From the human T2T-CHM13v2.0 reference genome, Homo sapiens, in the NCBI RefSeq assembly GCF_009914755.1, contig NC_060947.1: 64,000 bases of DNA. One strand, written 5' to 3'. Positions 34,751 to 52,869 of this stretch are shown here, piece by piece. A program made the position numbers and the translations under genes. The notes under the pieces were generated by a model. The model had not been told where the DNA came from and searched no databases. It saw nothing but the letters and a program-made list of their open reading frames with translations. The stretch's first letter is position 1. Each line of letters starts with the position of its first letter.

Positions 34751-37479
34751 AAGAACATGTGCAGTTAGCAAACCTATTACAAAGAACAAAGAGTGCTCTT
34801 AAGAAAAGAGAACCAGGCTGGTATACAAAGGACTTGTGCCTGGTCCTGTGCAAGACTGTTGGATTGCTATGTGCCTCTCTATTACCTCTGTTTTTCCATC
34901 TTTCTTATGGGAAAGTATGAGGACAAATGATAATGGCAAAAATAAATACCTCCTTTTAAAGAGGATGGCTAATGGAACACAGAAGAAAGATTCTTAATCC
35001 TGTTGAGGCCTTGATCGATTGACCTGCTAGATGCTCTAATAGAGGGAGAAGAAATTGCTGGAGAGGTAGGAACACAATCTAGGATGGAGGAAGGTAAAAT
35101 AAGCATAAAAGGAAGGATAGGAAGAAGAATATAAGAGGTCTGGCAGACACTGAAGGGCTCCCTGCTGTGACCCCTCTCTGGCATCCTCCCAAAACATCAG
35201 TGAAGGTTATCCGGACTTGCTGAATACTGAGTATGAGCAGATTTCTTTTGGAAATCAAAGAGGAACTAAGGTTGTGCCTGGTGACCCAAGGGAAACAAAA
35301 ACACATGCAGATGCAGAAGCCAGAAGCAGAGTAGGAAGCAGAGAAAAAGAAGCCTTCAAAATTACACACTTCCCTTCCATCACACTGAGCTGCTCCTTGT
35401 GGCCTTCAGTGTTGTAGGCCTGCCAAGAAACTATGGTCAGGCCTACCCACTTGGTCAGATTTCCCTAATCTGAAATCTCCAGGAAGACAGCTTGGGGTAT
35501 CACTCCTTTTCCTTTCAGAAGCCACCACCCTTCCCTCCCCACTCCACACGCACACCTGGAGCTCTGTTTAAAGAAAGAATTAGAGAAGCTTAGGGCAAAA
35601 GACTCTGTAACACCCTTTCTCTTGCACAAATGTGCACACTGGCCTTAGTTTACTTAACTAAGGGAAGCCAGTCAAGGGATTCTGTGTCATAATAAAATGA
35701 AGTGAAATAAAAGTAAAATAAATGAAAATAAATAAGAATCAGCAAGCTCAGACAACATGCAGATTAAGCTATTATTTTTTAAATGCCACTTCACAAGTCC
35801 TCAGAACCTCTCAATGAAGCTCATGTGGTTTTCAGATTTTGAGGCACTTCTCCCTTGGATCCATCCTTTTCTCCTACAGATTTGGCTAGTGCTGGCGTCA
35901 GTGGTGCAGGATAGATGGACCAATATTTATGAGGAAATCTCCCACCTTGCTCCATGGAACAAACAGGTCACTGAGCAGCAGCCAAAATCTGCTGCTGCAC
36001 AGAGCTTAAGGCCTGGGCCCAGTGATCCTGTTGGCCTCTCCTTTCCTGGGTACTGTGAATCAGGTGCACCAGCAGCATTTCTTCATGCCAGGGCTGAGAC
36101 ATTAAAATTAAGTAGTGCAACTATGTCTGCTACAGAAATCAAAGGGGAAGGGCAGTCTCAGACAGGAAGGACTCAGTAACAGCTTCAGCTGTCTCCATCT
36201 GCCTCTCCTCCACCTCCACAGGCTTTCCCGAGAATCCTGAGCTGAGATGAATGCTGCCACCCCGACACCTGGCCTCTGAGAAGCCACTATTTCCCTATCT
36301 AAGCTGGCCAGTCGTGGACAAATCCCTCAGTTCCGCAGAGATGAGGTTGGAATTAGAAGTCAAATGCAAATGCATAGAAATGGAGGAGTTAACAGCACAG
36401 GCATCTTCAAGCGAATCCACAAAAATTTGTTCAGAGCTTATAGTCTACCCAGCCCCAGTTCCTTTTCCTCAGTAAAGCCTTACTTTGCACAGAAGGTGAA
36501 TGTTAGGTCAAGGCACTCAGACTTCCTGCCCAAAAGTCTTTTGAGTTTGTCAGCAGCAATTGCATGAGGAAAAGACGATGCCTGCACAGAAAAGAGGTAA
36601 GGACATTTACATGTATATATGATCCTTAATCAAATGTATCCACTACCACCATAAATGAGCACCAGTACCTTGTGATAATGCCACCAGTTGAAGTGGGAAA
36701 TATTTTTCATTCTTACAGTTAAGGGCCCAGCTGACTCAACTGGTTTGGCTCTGTTCTCCAGCCTGTGTGCAGCCTGATTTGCACTTGGATTGGCTGATGG
36801 ATAGACATCATCAGAGCTCCTTGGCCAGTTTTTGGTTTTGAGCTTTACCTCTGTGGCAGAAGGATTAATCTGTTCAGAGAGAGTTTGTTTTTGGCTTTTG
36901 AAACAGCCATACTCCTCTCCTCTGGGAATGATGGGTTGTTTCAGAAATGGGAGCTTTAAAGAAAGCTCTTATTGGATCTGGACTTGGGCCACTCCTGCAA
37001 CCATTTGTTTCATCTGGCCCATCACTTTGTTTGCTGCCACCTACAGATAGGAAACATTGCCTAGTACGGAAATCTGCAGGCCCCTTGCATCCAAAGTGCT
37101 AGAGCCTACCTTCTGGAAACTGATGTCTACTGATGATTGCAATATTGAGACATGCACAGATGATGCATAAATGCTGTTAACCTGTGAAAAAGAGCCACCC
37201 TAGACCTCTGGACTGATGGGGGCCTGAATAAGGTACTAAATGTAATCTGCCTACACCAGGAAACCCAACATATAGCCATGACTCAAAAATGAGCCATGCA
37301 GAGCTGAGAGCTGTCACCAAATTTTAGAATGTAAACATTCCATAATCATTGACAAAGAGGAAAAGCTCAGTAAGTATTTTCAGTGTATCTTCTGGGAAAC
37401 TAGCAGAGAGACATGTCTACAAAATCTACCTTGAACCCCTCATGTGAATTAGGCAATACCATAACCGGTCAGCAGGAAG

Positions 37480-37765
37480 GACAGTGTAATATAATAGTTA
37501 GAAGCTTAGGCTTGCTGTGAGAGAGATTGGGTTCAAAATTCTCTTGAAGCATTGACCAAGATTTCTTTTTGGAAATCAAAGAGAGAGTAGGGTTGTGTCT
37601 CACTTACTTAACTTACTCAAACTCTCTGAGTCTTCATTTTACCATTTATAAAATGGGGATAGTAATAGTACTACCTGTTGGGAGTTTCAGATAAGATAAT
37701 GCATGTAAATATTTAGCATAACTCCTGGCACAATGTGAGATTCACTAAACATGAATTATTACTGT
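37480..37765 (+). mobile_element. MIR with a ~55-nt foreign insert (~37544-37600)
   Basis: MIR head (gggttcaaa) and core (ctctctgagtcttcattttaccatttataaaatggggatagtaatagtac) are separated by non-MIR sequence. Confidence 0.75.
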
Positions 37766-37936
37766 TTACAAGGTTCAGGGAACCCATGAACCCATAGCAG
37801 ATTTTGGTCACTGCTTCTAATGCCAAAGAGTATGACTTTTTAGGCCTCCAGAATTCCAGTTTAGACTGATATCCCCCAACATAGAAACACAGTACGCAAT
37901 CACAGGGAGACTGGATTTTCAAATTAGATCTGGGGA

Positions 37937-38814
<878 letters not shown>

Positions 38815-38829
38815 GGGAACATATGCTAA

Positions 38830-39185
38830 ACCCTTAGTAGCCAAAGTGTGGTCTATAAACCAGCAAGCAGCACCACCATTTCCTGGGAGCTAGTTAAAAA
38901 TGCAGAATCTCAGGCCCCACCTCAGACCTTTTGAATCAGAATCTAAATTTTAACAAGATTTCCAGATGATTCATATGCACACTGAAGCTTAAGAAGTTCT
39001 GAGCTAAAACAAAAGCTGTGATTCCCAAAGTGTAGTTCTTGAAGAACCAGTAGCATCAGCATAGGTGACAAAAGGCTTGTTATAAATGCGGATTCATGAA
39101 CCTTAACTTAACTGACTAAGCAGCTATGGGAACGAGGTCTGGGAAACTTTTTTAACAAGCACATTAAATGTTGAGAAACACTGAG
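38830..39185. mobile_element. Two adjacent MER5A-like relics
   Basis: Each has ccaaagtgt...gcatca/gcacca...gttaaaaatgc/gttataaatgc...tttaacaag. Confidence 0.7.
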
Positions 39186-39599
39186 TTACAGATAGACTCC
39201 TCCATAAGGATCAAATAAGCTGAGGCCTGAACAATAAGATGTTCCTTCAAATCAATGGTTTGGTTTTTTTAAGCTGACAGATTTGTCTCCACCATTCTTC
39301 TCTTCTCTGAGCTCTTTGATGCTTATGACCTTGTTTCCGGTCACATATTTGGGGCATTCAGCCAGGAGGTCCTGCTGGGTATCCCAGATGGTTCAATTTT
39401 CCATCAGACTCTAAGCTCCACAGTCACCATTCTCACCTCCCAAAAATGACCAGTCCCCACAAGAGATTTTTGACCTGGCCCAGAGAAGGTATTGGAGTCA
39501 GTACTGGAGGAAGAAAAGTATCTGGTATGGAGAGTGGATGGGAGCTGAAAGGATTCTAAGACCCTCTCACACCAGAACTCAATCTAAATTATTTCCCCC

Positions 39600-39600
<1 letters not shown>

Positions 39601-39638
<38 letters not shown>
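39601..39638. repeat. (AC)19 microsatellite
   Basis: Directly visible. Confidence 0.98.
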
Positions 39639-39640
<2 letters not shown>

Positions 39641-40044
39641 TGGTTATCTTTCCCCTGAATAAAACTGAATGGTTTGATTTTGACCCTGGGCCCTCCCACA
39701 CATATTCAGGTGTAATCCTATTAACAGAGTTCATCCTGTCTCCTGCCTTTTTGTAGAGGAAGGCAGCAATTTGAGTGATCTGTAAATGTTTGGATCTGGG
39801 ATTACATTTTTATTGGCTCATAAAAGATACAGGACTTTGCAAGACTGAGAATTTTTCAAGGACTTTGTTGTTTTAAGTATAAGATATATTGTTGTTGTTT
39901 GTAGGATATTGCTTAGAAATTGCCTTGATATATTTTTGACAACTGGTGTATGTAAATGTGTATATGTATTTACAGGCATGTATGTATTTACAGTCATGTG
40001 TCCACATTTCTTCAAGAATACTCATTATTATTTTGCACCACGAG

Positions 40045-40366
<322 letters not shown>

Positions 40367-40391
40367 ACTCTTCTTGTTATGCACTCTTTTT

Positions 40392-44309
<3,918 letters not shown>

Positions 44310-44782
44310 TTATGCACTCTTTTTAGGCCCTGGAAATTGTGAAAATAAAATAATAATCTTAAAGGAACTGCTAGGCCATGGGGGCCATTAAATAAGTGGG
44401 AGGGGGAAAGTAGAGGTGCTGTGCCCTCAAAGTTAGTAACAAGTGCACCCCAAGTGTGAGGAGATCTCAGGGACTCCAAGAAGGTGGATAATCCCTTTGC
44501 CTATAGGTTTTGACCCCTACTAAAATGAAAATATTCCTGGAATTTTTACTCTTTAGTTATCAGTGAATAACTAAGTACTCAGAATGGATATACAAATATC
44601 TCAGAATGGACATACAAAATCCACTTTTTCAACAACTATTTTTTTAGTTTGTCGGGCAAAGGTTAAAGGGAAAGTTAGAAATACAAGGGGGAGAAGGAAT
44701 TAAAAAGAAAAAAGCCAGAGAGGAATTGGAATAAGGAAAAAAGCGGGACTTGGTTCTTAGGCTCCTTCTTGTCTGGAATGCT

Positions 44783-45400
44783 CGTTCATTCAACAAGTTT
44801 TTTTTGAGTACCTACTATTTGTGAGATACTAGACATTAGGCACTAGAGTTAGAGCAATGAGCATGAACAGACAAATGAACAAAACAGACAAAAATCTCTA
44901 TCCTCATGGATCTTACATGACAGCGCAGAGATAGGTGATAAAGTAACAGTGAAAATTTATGGTATATTAGATTGTTGTAAACGCTATGGAAAAAATACAG
45001 CAGGATATGGGGAAAGAGATGTCAGGAGTTGCAATTTTTAAATGGAGGAGGGGCATAGAAGGCCTTGCTGAGAATGTGGCATTAGAGTTAAGACTTAAAG
45101 GAGGTGAGGGAGTAAGCCAGTTGAATGGCTGCAGGAAGAACTTCAAAGGCAGAGGACAATAGCAAGGATGAAGGTCCTGAGATGGGGCTCTGGTTGTCAT
45201 GTCTGCAACAAAGTGCAAAAGTCAGTGTGATTGGAGCAGAGTAAGCAAGGGAGAAAGCAGCCAGAGAGAAGTTTGGAGAGGGAAGGGCAGAGCAAGAGAT
45301 CAGATCATGAGGACCTGGTAGGCCATTGGAAGGATTTAAGCTTTCATTCAGAGTGAGGGGGAAAGCTGTTGGAAGATTGTGAACAGTGCCAGGTTTCGAG
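44783..45400 (-). mobile_element. L2 3' portion
   Basis: ttcattcaacaagttt...gagtacctactat...ggccattggaaggattt. Confidence 0.8.
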
Positions 45401-45896
45401 TTTATGAGGCCATTTCATATACACACACACCACACGCGCACACACACACACACACAAGATCAAAAGATCAAATAGTTCATAAAAATATGAACTGAAAAGC
45501 AAAACTCTCCCGTTCGTCATCCCATGTATACTCACCAGATCCTTTCTCCAAAGAGATACTATTTTCAGTATCTTGAATAAATTTCAAGAAAAAAGTGTAT
45601 GATATACATATATGGAGAGAGAAAGGGAAAGAAAGAAAGGCATATTTCCTGTTTTTATTTACACAAATGAAATCATATTTTTACACAGTTCATAGCTTCA
45701 AGTTTTATCCAAATTGGTCCATATAGATGTATCTCATCTCTTTCTTTTTAATGGCTGCATAATGATAGTGCATAAGTATATTATCATTTATTAAAGCAAT
45801 TCCTTATTGATGGATATTTAGGTTGTTTCTAGGGGTTTTTCTCATGATAAACAATGGCTGCAATGAATATCCTAATAAATGCCCCTCTAAGCGCAA

Positions 45897-46155
45897 CAAT
45901 AATAATAACAGCTAATGCTTATTGAGCACTTACTATGTGCTAGGTACTGCGCTAAGCACTTTACATGCCTTATCTCATTTTATTTTTACAACAACTCTAT
46001 GAGGTAAGTACTCTTATTATCCCCATTTTGCTGATGGGGAAACTGAGGCTTAAAGAGGTTAAGGAACTTTCCTAAGATCACAAAGCTAAGTTGTAGAGAC
46101 AAAAATTGAATGTAGACAGTCTTATTCCAGAGCCTGTGCTCTTAATCACTATGCA
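45897..46155 (-). mobile_element. MIR SINE (near full length)
   Basis: gctaatgcttattgagcacttactatgtgctagg...ccccattttgctgatgggaaaactgaggct. Confidence 0.9.
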
Positions 46156-46380
46156 ATATAAGTAGAATTGCTAAGTCAGAGAATATGTACCCTAAAAATT
46201 TTAGTAGCTGAATTGCCTATTCCCCTATACTCTCATCAACAGTGTATATTACCAATCTCTTTAAAAATTTGCCACTATGCTTGGGAAAAAAAAAAAGCAT
46301 CTTGCTGTTTTGATCTGCATTTATTTGTTTACAAGTAAGGTTGAACTTTAAAAATATGTGTATTTGCCATTTGTATTTCT

Positions 46381-46685
46381 TTTTTTTTTTTTTTTTTGAG
46401 ACAGAGTTTCACTCTTGTTGCCCAGGCTGGAGTGCAATGGTGCAACCTCGGCTCACTGCAACTTTTGACTCCCGGGTTCAAGGAATTCTCCTGCCTCAGC
46501 CTCCGGAGTAGCTGAGATTGCAGGTGTCCACCACCATGCCCAGCTAATTTTTTTTTTTTTTAATTCTTAGAGACAGGGTTTTACCATATTGGCCAGGTTG
46601 GTCCTGAACTTCTGACCTCAGGTGATCCACCCGCCTCAGCCTCCCAAAGTGCTGGGATTACAGGCGTGAGCCACCATGCCTGGCC
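46381..46685 (-). mobile_element. Alu (AluSq/Sp-like)
   Basis: gagtttcactcttgttgcccaggctggagtgcaatgg; TSD tgtatttctttt. Confidence 0.95.
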
Positions 46686-47409
46686 TGTATTTCTTTTTAT
46701 TTGAACTGCCTATTCATATCATTTGCTCATTTGTCTCTAGGTTGTTGGTGTTTTTCTTTTGATTTTTTTGAGCTCTTTGGAAATTAAGGAAATTTTAAGT
46801 GTTGCAAATATCTTGTAGTTTTTCATTTGCCTTCTGACTTTGTTTCTGTATTTTTTTGCTGTGGCAAGGTTTTAAATTTTTATGTGGTCACATTTATCCT
46901 ATTTTTAAGGTTTTTGAACTTATGGCCTGCTTAGAAAGGCCCACTCCTCTCCAGGATTGTATATATTTAAATTCCCCATTATTTTCTTTTAACACTTTTA
47001 AGATTTCATTTTTCATGTTAAAATGTTTGATTCATCCGTAATTAATTCTGGTGTAAAAAGTTAGTTTGAGAATTCAGCTAGCTTGTTGTACAGGTATAAT
47101 TTTTGAATAATTCATCTTCCCCCCTCTGTTGATTTGATATGCCATCTTTAAAATATACTAATTTCCCACATGTGTTTAGGACTGTTAATAGATGTTGCTC
47201 TATTTTTCTCTCCAGAACCCAACTGTTTTAATGTAGCATCATAACATGCTTCAATATCTAATAGGCCTTATTCCTCTTTAATGCTATTTTTCAGAGTTTT
47301 CTTGAATTTTATTTATTCTTTTCTCCCTGGGTTTCAGTTTCCCCTTTTGCCTTCTCTCCCCCACCGAGAGCAGCAGCTATTCCCCTAGTTTATCCATACT
47401 GTCTGAGTT

Positions 47410-48310
47410 CTGTTCATTTGTTCAACAAATATTTACTGAGAATTGCCAATTGACAGATACCTTGTTAGGGACTATAGATATAAAAGTAAATAAAGACACA
47501 GTCTTTGTCCTCACAAAACTCACAGCCCACTGGGGGATATCTGTATCTGTAACTCAACAGATAACTACAATGCAATTTAGTTACTGCATTTCCTGAAAGA
47601 TACATGAGTACTGTGGGTCCCTGGCAGAAAAGTAACTAATCTAGACTTTGGAGGAGGTAGTACATGAGCTTACCCTTGAAGGACTAGGAGTAATAGGAGT
47701 AAATTAGATAAAGGGGAAAGAAATGGGAGCATGTTTCAGGGAAAGCAAGCCTCTTGTGCAAAAGATCAGAAACTTGATAAGTTCAACAAACCACAAAGAG
47801 TAGTTAGTTGTGGCTAAAGCGTAGGTCATGTGGGAAGTGTTGGGGTGGGGTGAGAGATGTGACATATGGCTGGGGATGCAAGAGCTGGGTCACGTGTGGA
47901 GGGTCTTGAGCGCTGTGCTAAGTAGGCTGACCTCTACCCAGTAAGCAATAGGATTGCATTGATGTGTTTTAAGTACAGGAGTGGTATGATCTCATTCTCA
48001 TGTTAGAGAATGGTTGCAGGGTGGAGAATGGGTGGCAAAAGGGGGAAAAAATAGGACTAGGGAGATGAGTTAGGAGGCTTGTGTAATAAAGTAATGCAGG
48101 TAAGAAATGAGGATGACCTGGACTAGGGTAGTGATTATGGATGTGAAGACAAGTAGATGGTTTCGAGAGGTTTGAAGACGTTAGAATTGACATGAAGTAA
48201 TGATTAGTTGGACTTGAGTGCTGAGAGGGAGGTATCGAGCATGACTTCTAGGTTTAATGAGCTAGGATAAAAAGGGAATAGACTTGGGAGGAATGTGAAA
48301 AATCAGTGTG
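47410..48310 (-). mobile_element. L2 3' portion
   Basis: ttcatttgttcaacaaatatttactgag...gagttaggaggct...gactagggtagtg. Confidence 0.75.
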
Positions 48311-48962
48311 TACTGAGGAGTTCCCAGTATTATGAACCTATTCCTCATCCTGCATCAAATTGATCTATACTGTGTCCCAGGCCCTCAAGAGCTCTGTCCT
48401 CCCTTTCTAATTTACTCTAAGGCTTTACAAGCTAGTTCTTATTTCCATACACAGGAAGCATTTTAATTTGGCAGCTATTTTTAAGGCTTTCATCTATATA
48501 AGTGATTCTAATAATGGGAGTTTTGTGCAGGCCAACGGATAAAGAGATTTTAGCAGAAAGGCTTCAAATTATACCGTAGTCCCCAGGTTACTCCCCAAAG
48601 CAGGTCCTGGTACTGTGCTCTCCTAAAGGCAGATCTGGTGTCAGTGTAAGGTGGAGGAAGGAGAGATGTGGACCTTGGACTGGTCAGAGGCTGGCCCAGA
48701 CATCAGCAAAATTAGGTCACGTGGCTAATTGGAACAATCTGTCTTCCCTGGTCTAGTCTCCCACATGTCGGGCTCCCTCTGCCCCAAAAAGAATGTGACC
48801 TTAGGGTTCCAGAACAAACAGTCCTGGGAGACAGGGAGTTATTATATGAGCCCATCATTGAGCCCTTGAAACCGTGCGCAGCATTTACTGTGGAAAGAAA
48901 ACTGGCATTCGGATTCTAAAGGAGGGGGAAGAGCAGCCTGACATCAGAGGAGAGGGATTCAC

Positions 48963-48976
48963 GTTGTCATGGCAAC
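48963..48976. promoter_or_regulatory. RFX X-box motif GTTGTCATGGCAAC
   Basis: One mismatch from the palindromic GTTGCCATGGCAAC, in non-repeat sequence with TGACATCA at 48939-48946. Confidence 0.55.
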
Positions 48977-51109
48977 CATAAGAGTTATACTGTATTGTTT
49001 GTACCCAGAATTTAAGAGATTATCCTTGGGCTAAAAAAAAGGAAAGTGTCACCCCTTTCACTTCAACATCACCATCACAGGACACCTGCCACCTTCCTGT
49101 GAGGGATTTTTATTTGTTCACTCATCATATGTCACTTGGGTATTTATTGATGTACTAATCTGCCTTCCTCCATTTATTTCTCTTTCTTTCCTTCCTTCCC
49201 TGCATCTGACCAGCAGAGCCAGAAGGGGCCATTTGTCTTCCCACAGATGGTGCCAGTAAATCAAACTTCTGGCTGGTGGAAATTGGGGCCCTGGAAAACC
49301 TCCCAAGTTGGGAGGCGTCCTTCCTACGCCTTAGCGCTGCTTCTAGTCTGCCCTGATATAGTGGGGAAGTGTGAAGTGGGGAAGGGAGGACCTCTGGCCT
49401 CTGGGAAAAGGCTGTCTGTCCAAAAAGATGACAGAATATCAAGCACCCATGGAACCACAGAGGTCATTTTCCCAGCCCAAACCCATATTGGGTTATTGGA
49501 GAACCTTAGCCTTATCTTTCCTGAGATGACATAGTTTCAGTCTGTGGTCACTAGGCAGGGAGCTCACTCAAGTTAATAGTGTTAAAGGTGTCAGAGCAGT
49601 ATTAAGGACTTGGAAAATGAAGAAACACCATTTTAGAATCTTTACACAACTCAGCAGGCATTTCCTCATCACCACGTGTTTCTTCTCACGTCACAGAAGG
49701 TAAACTAAGATAGAAAAGATACACCTGTCCAGGTTAAAGGAAACTGAATCAAAGAAGGATCTGGAAGCAACACAGTGCTTATTAATTCCCTCGCTCGAGT
49801 TAACCCCTCCTCCCATCGATAACACTGACATCACCTAGCTTTTTAATCCCGTGGTCTAATTGGCATCCTGTTTATTAAGCTTTAAAAATCCTTTTCTTTC
49901 TTTCCCCTTCCTGGCTCAGTAACTCTCACTTTGGAAATCTCTGAAGATTTTAATTTCCCGAAGAGCCTGTTGTCATCTCTTACAGTAAGTCTTTTCATTT
50001 CACCTCGTGTAAGTATATTAGCTGGTTTAACGGCTTAATTGCGATGAAGAAGATTAAGTCCGAGTTTAATAAGCATTAAGAGTAGAACAACATCTTTTAT
50101 TTCTTCTGGCTTCAATAACCATTGCATTTGGCTTTTTATCTTTAAGGGAAAAGTTCAGATGACCCAAACAGAGGGAAGGAGGTGGGCTAGAGGGAAGGAC
50201 ATGTTGTTTAGCTGGCCTTTTCTGAAGTCTGTAGTTGCTGCTGCTGCAGCGGCAGCAGACAAATGGTTGGAAGGTAAGGGGTTTGGATATGATCCGGGAA
50301 AAACGCAAGATGAAGCAGGCAGCAAGGGAAGAAGGAGCGCCACCAACCTCTTCCCCAGTTTCCAAATGGGCTCTTTACTTCTACCAGCATGAGTGGCCTC
50401 AAGAACACTTTGGATTCTCTAAGTCTCCTGGAATGGGTGTAGACAGATCTTTTTTTTTCCTGTTAGTACAGCTAACACCAGATTAGCATTTTTCAAAAAG
50501 AACTTGACTAGAAAATGAAGGGAAACACAAAACTAAAAAAAGAAAATGCAAATGCATAGAAATGAACACAGATTCTAAGATAAAGTCTAGCCACAGATTA
50601 ACTCGACTGGCATAGACTACCACTCACCCACATGTGCACACATACACACACATATACACATCTGGTCCTTTCTCCTCCTCAACCCTATCTGTGGAACTCT
50701 GCCTCAAACCACTCCCCCTCCCTTTCAGGCCTTGAGTGTTTCTCTTATGTATTGCAGTCTTGGTTCTCTCCTCTATTACATTCCTTATCCCTCTGTTTTC
50801 TGATGACCTCAACACGTGTTTGTCTCTTTCTAGTGGACTGTAAAGCTCTGAAAAGACGGGGACTAATCATAATCATCATGGTACCCACAGTATCTGGCAT
50901 GTGAAATCATCCATAAATGATTGTGGAACTGAAGTGTACCAGATTAGTTCTCCACAACCTAGAATCATGACTATCCCTGGAAAGTAGCTCCTCTAAAAGC
51001 AAGATTCTGAGAGCAGACAGTGCTTTACACTCTAAGCTTAGATTTGTTTGACCCTGTGTAAACAGTTTGGGCAATTTAGAATAGTACTGCCTTACAATTG
51101 TATAGGACT

Positions 51110-51295
51110 CTGTGGTTTTCCAAACATGTTTCACACAATATCTCAGTTGATTTTCCTAACAACCCTGTAAGGAAATAAGACTTAGAGAGGTTAAATAACT
51201 AGCCCAAACTGATAGAGCTATATAATAGTAGACTTAGAACTAGATCCGTGTCTTTTAATGCGTAATCCAGTTGTACTTCTAGTTTGATATGCTGT
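51110..51295 (-). mobile_element. MIR fragment
   Basis: atctcagttgattttcctaacaaccctgtaagg...gacttagagaggttaaataact. Confidence 0.65.
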
Positions 51296-51639
51296 ATCCT
51301 CAGAGACCTTTCTTGGTTGGGTCATCAGTAACCTCATGCAACAATGCGAAGGCTTGCCTCCCTTTATCCTCTCAGTCTTTCACCCACCCAATATGCACCA
51401 GCCCAGCCAGTAAGAGTGTCCAGCAATCATCCTGGAGCAAGCAAGTAGAAGAACCTTGCTAAATCATAACCAAGTGCCACGAGACCCAGCAGTCTTATTC
51501 CTAAGAATGTATCCTAGCAAATCCCCCCAAACCAGAATAACTGTTCTTTAAAAAGGTGTGCTATCTAAGCCAAACATATCTGTGAGCAGAAATCAGCCTG
51601 TGGGTTAGCAGTTTTCTACCTCTGAAATAACTGGACAGG

Positions 51640-52325
51640 TGTGGAAAGATGTATGCATAAGGGTGTTCATAGAGCTAGGTTACAGTGGGAATATGCTGGA
51701 AACTACCTAATATCTAACAATAGGGGAAGAGGTAAAAAAATTAAGGCACAATCATACTATGGACTGTCGTGAAGTCAATAAAACAAATAATTTGATGTTC
51801 ATCTATATTTATTGACATGGAAATATACACATGGCACTGTAAAGCTTTTTAAAAAGCAGAATAAAAATCAACATTATATGGTAACATTACTCTTCAGAAA
51901 ACAGTCTGGAAGGGTATTTTTAAAATGTTAACAATAGTGGAATGTGTGACCTTGAGATTGATGGAAAAATACGTGATCTTCATTTTTTCTTACATGTATT
52001 TTTTTGCAGTAAACATACATTACTTTTGCCTTAAGAAAATATATAACACATAATTTTTAAAGGAGGAACTGAATGCTAACCCTTACATTTATGGTCAATT
52101 GATTTTTGACAAGAGTAAAAATTTTGGCTCAAGAATAGTCTTTTCAACAAATATTGCTGAAACAACTGAATATTCACATGCAAACAAATGAATTTAGACC
52201 CCAATCTCACACCATATACAAAAATTAACTCCAAATAAATTCCTAAATATAAGACCTAAATATAACAGCTAAAACTATAAAATTATTTGCAGAAAACTTG
52301 TATGAAAATTATTAATTCTTTGGGC
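51640..52325 (+). mobile_element. Old L1M fragments (3' UTR and ORF2 C-terminal piece)
   Basis: ggtcaattgatttttgacaag...gtcttttcaacaaat...ctcacaccatatacaaaaattaactc. Confidence 0.7.
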
Positions 52326-52427
52326 TTAGAGCACTGTCTTCCCCATTGATGATTTTTCAAAACTGTAACTACCCTCAGACAGGTATATAAATAGGTTGTT
52401 TTAGACCTTGATCTATAGCAAACAATA

Positions 52428-52481
52428 CTGTGTGTGTGTGTGTCTGTGTGTCCGTGTGTATGTGTGTGTCTGTGTGTGTGT
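52428..52481. repeat. Imperfect (TG)n
   Basis: Directly visible. Confidence 0.9.
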
Positions 52482-52869
52482 TAAGGAAAGGTGCACACAG
52501 AGGATGAAGGAGCCCTCCACCATCAGTCTTTTCCTGCTTCACACTGTGGCTATTAGCAAAGTGCTGTTTTCTGAGCTTGTTGGGCCAGGAGTTTATTTTC
52601 ATAAGAAAAAAGCAGTGAGGGGTAACCTAGACTAGCTGCATAAAAAGGACCTCAGCTGAAATCTGCTCATGAGCAGAGGTAAGATCTTTCTAAGCTATGC
52701 CTGTAATAGCACAGCCTTCCCTATTCGTTCCCTGAACGGTAGGCATCTTGGCTTCCTTGTAAGTAGAGTTGCTCTGTCTCCCTCCACCCCACACTTATAT
52801 TAATGTGTCCCTTTGTATTAAATTGGATGTTGCCTCTGGCTACTTCACTTTTCTAGGTAGGCACAATTT

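Larger units (their letters stand above)
45440..47320 (-). mobile_element. Old L1ME-type fragments hosting a MIR and an Alu
   Basis: ttttaatggctgcata; ttgatggatatttaggttgtttc; gaactgcctattcatatcatttgctcattt. Confidence 0.6.

Noticed and set aside
35757-36179. 140-aa ORF in unique sequence
   Set aside because: No recognisable domain, composition bias or gene context; length is within chance expectation for 64 kb.
36473-36602. Possible internal exon (ttccttttcctcag or tttgcacag acceptor; gag/gtaagg donor); similar lone donor ttg/gtaagt at 2158
   Set aside because: Such splice-like signals are common by chance; no partner exons or coding signal can be shown.
44578-44620. 22-bp imperfect tandem duplication (ctcagaatgga(t/c)atacaaa)
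   Set aside because: Only two copies with no spacer structure; ordinary slippage, not an array.
49976-49990. tctcttacagtaagt as a recursive splice site
   Set aside because: Acceptor AG and donor GT share one G; a true recursive site needs AG followed by GT.
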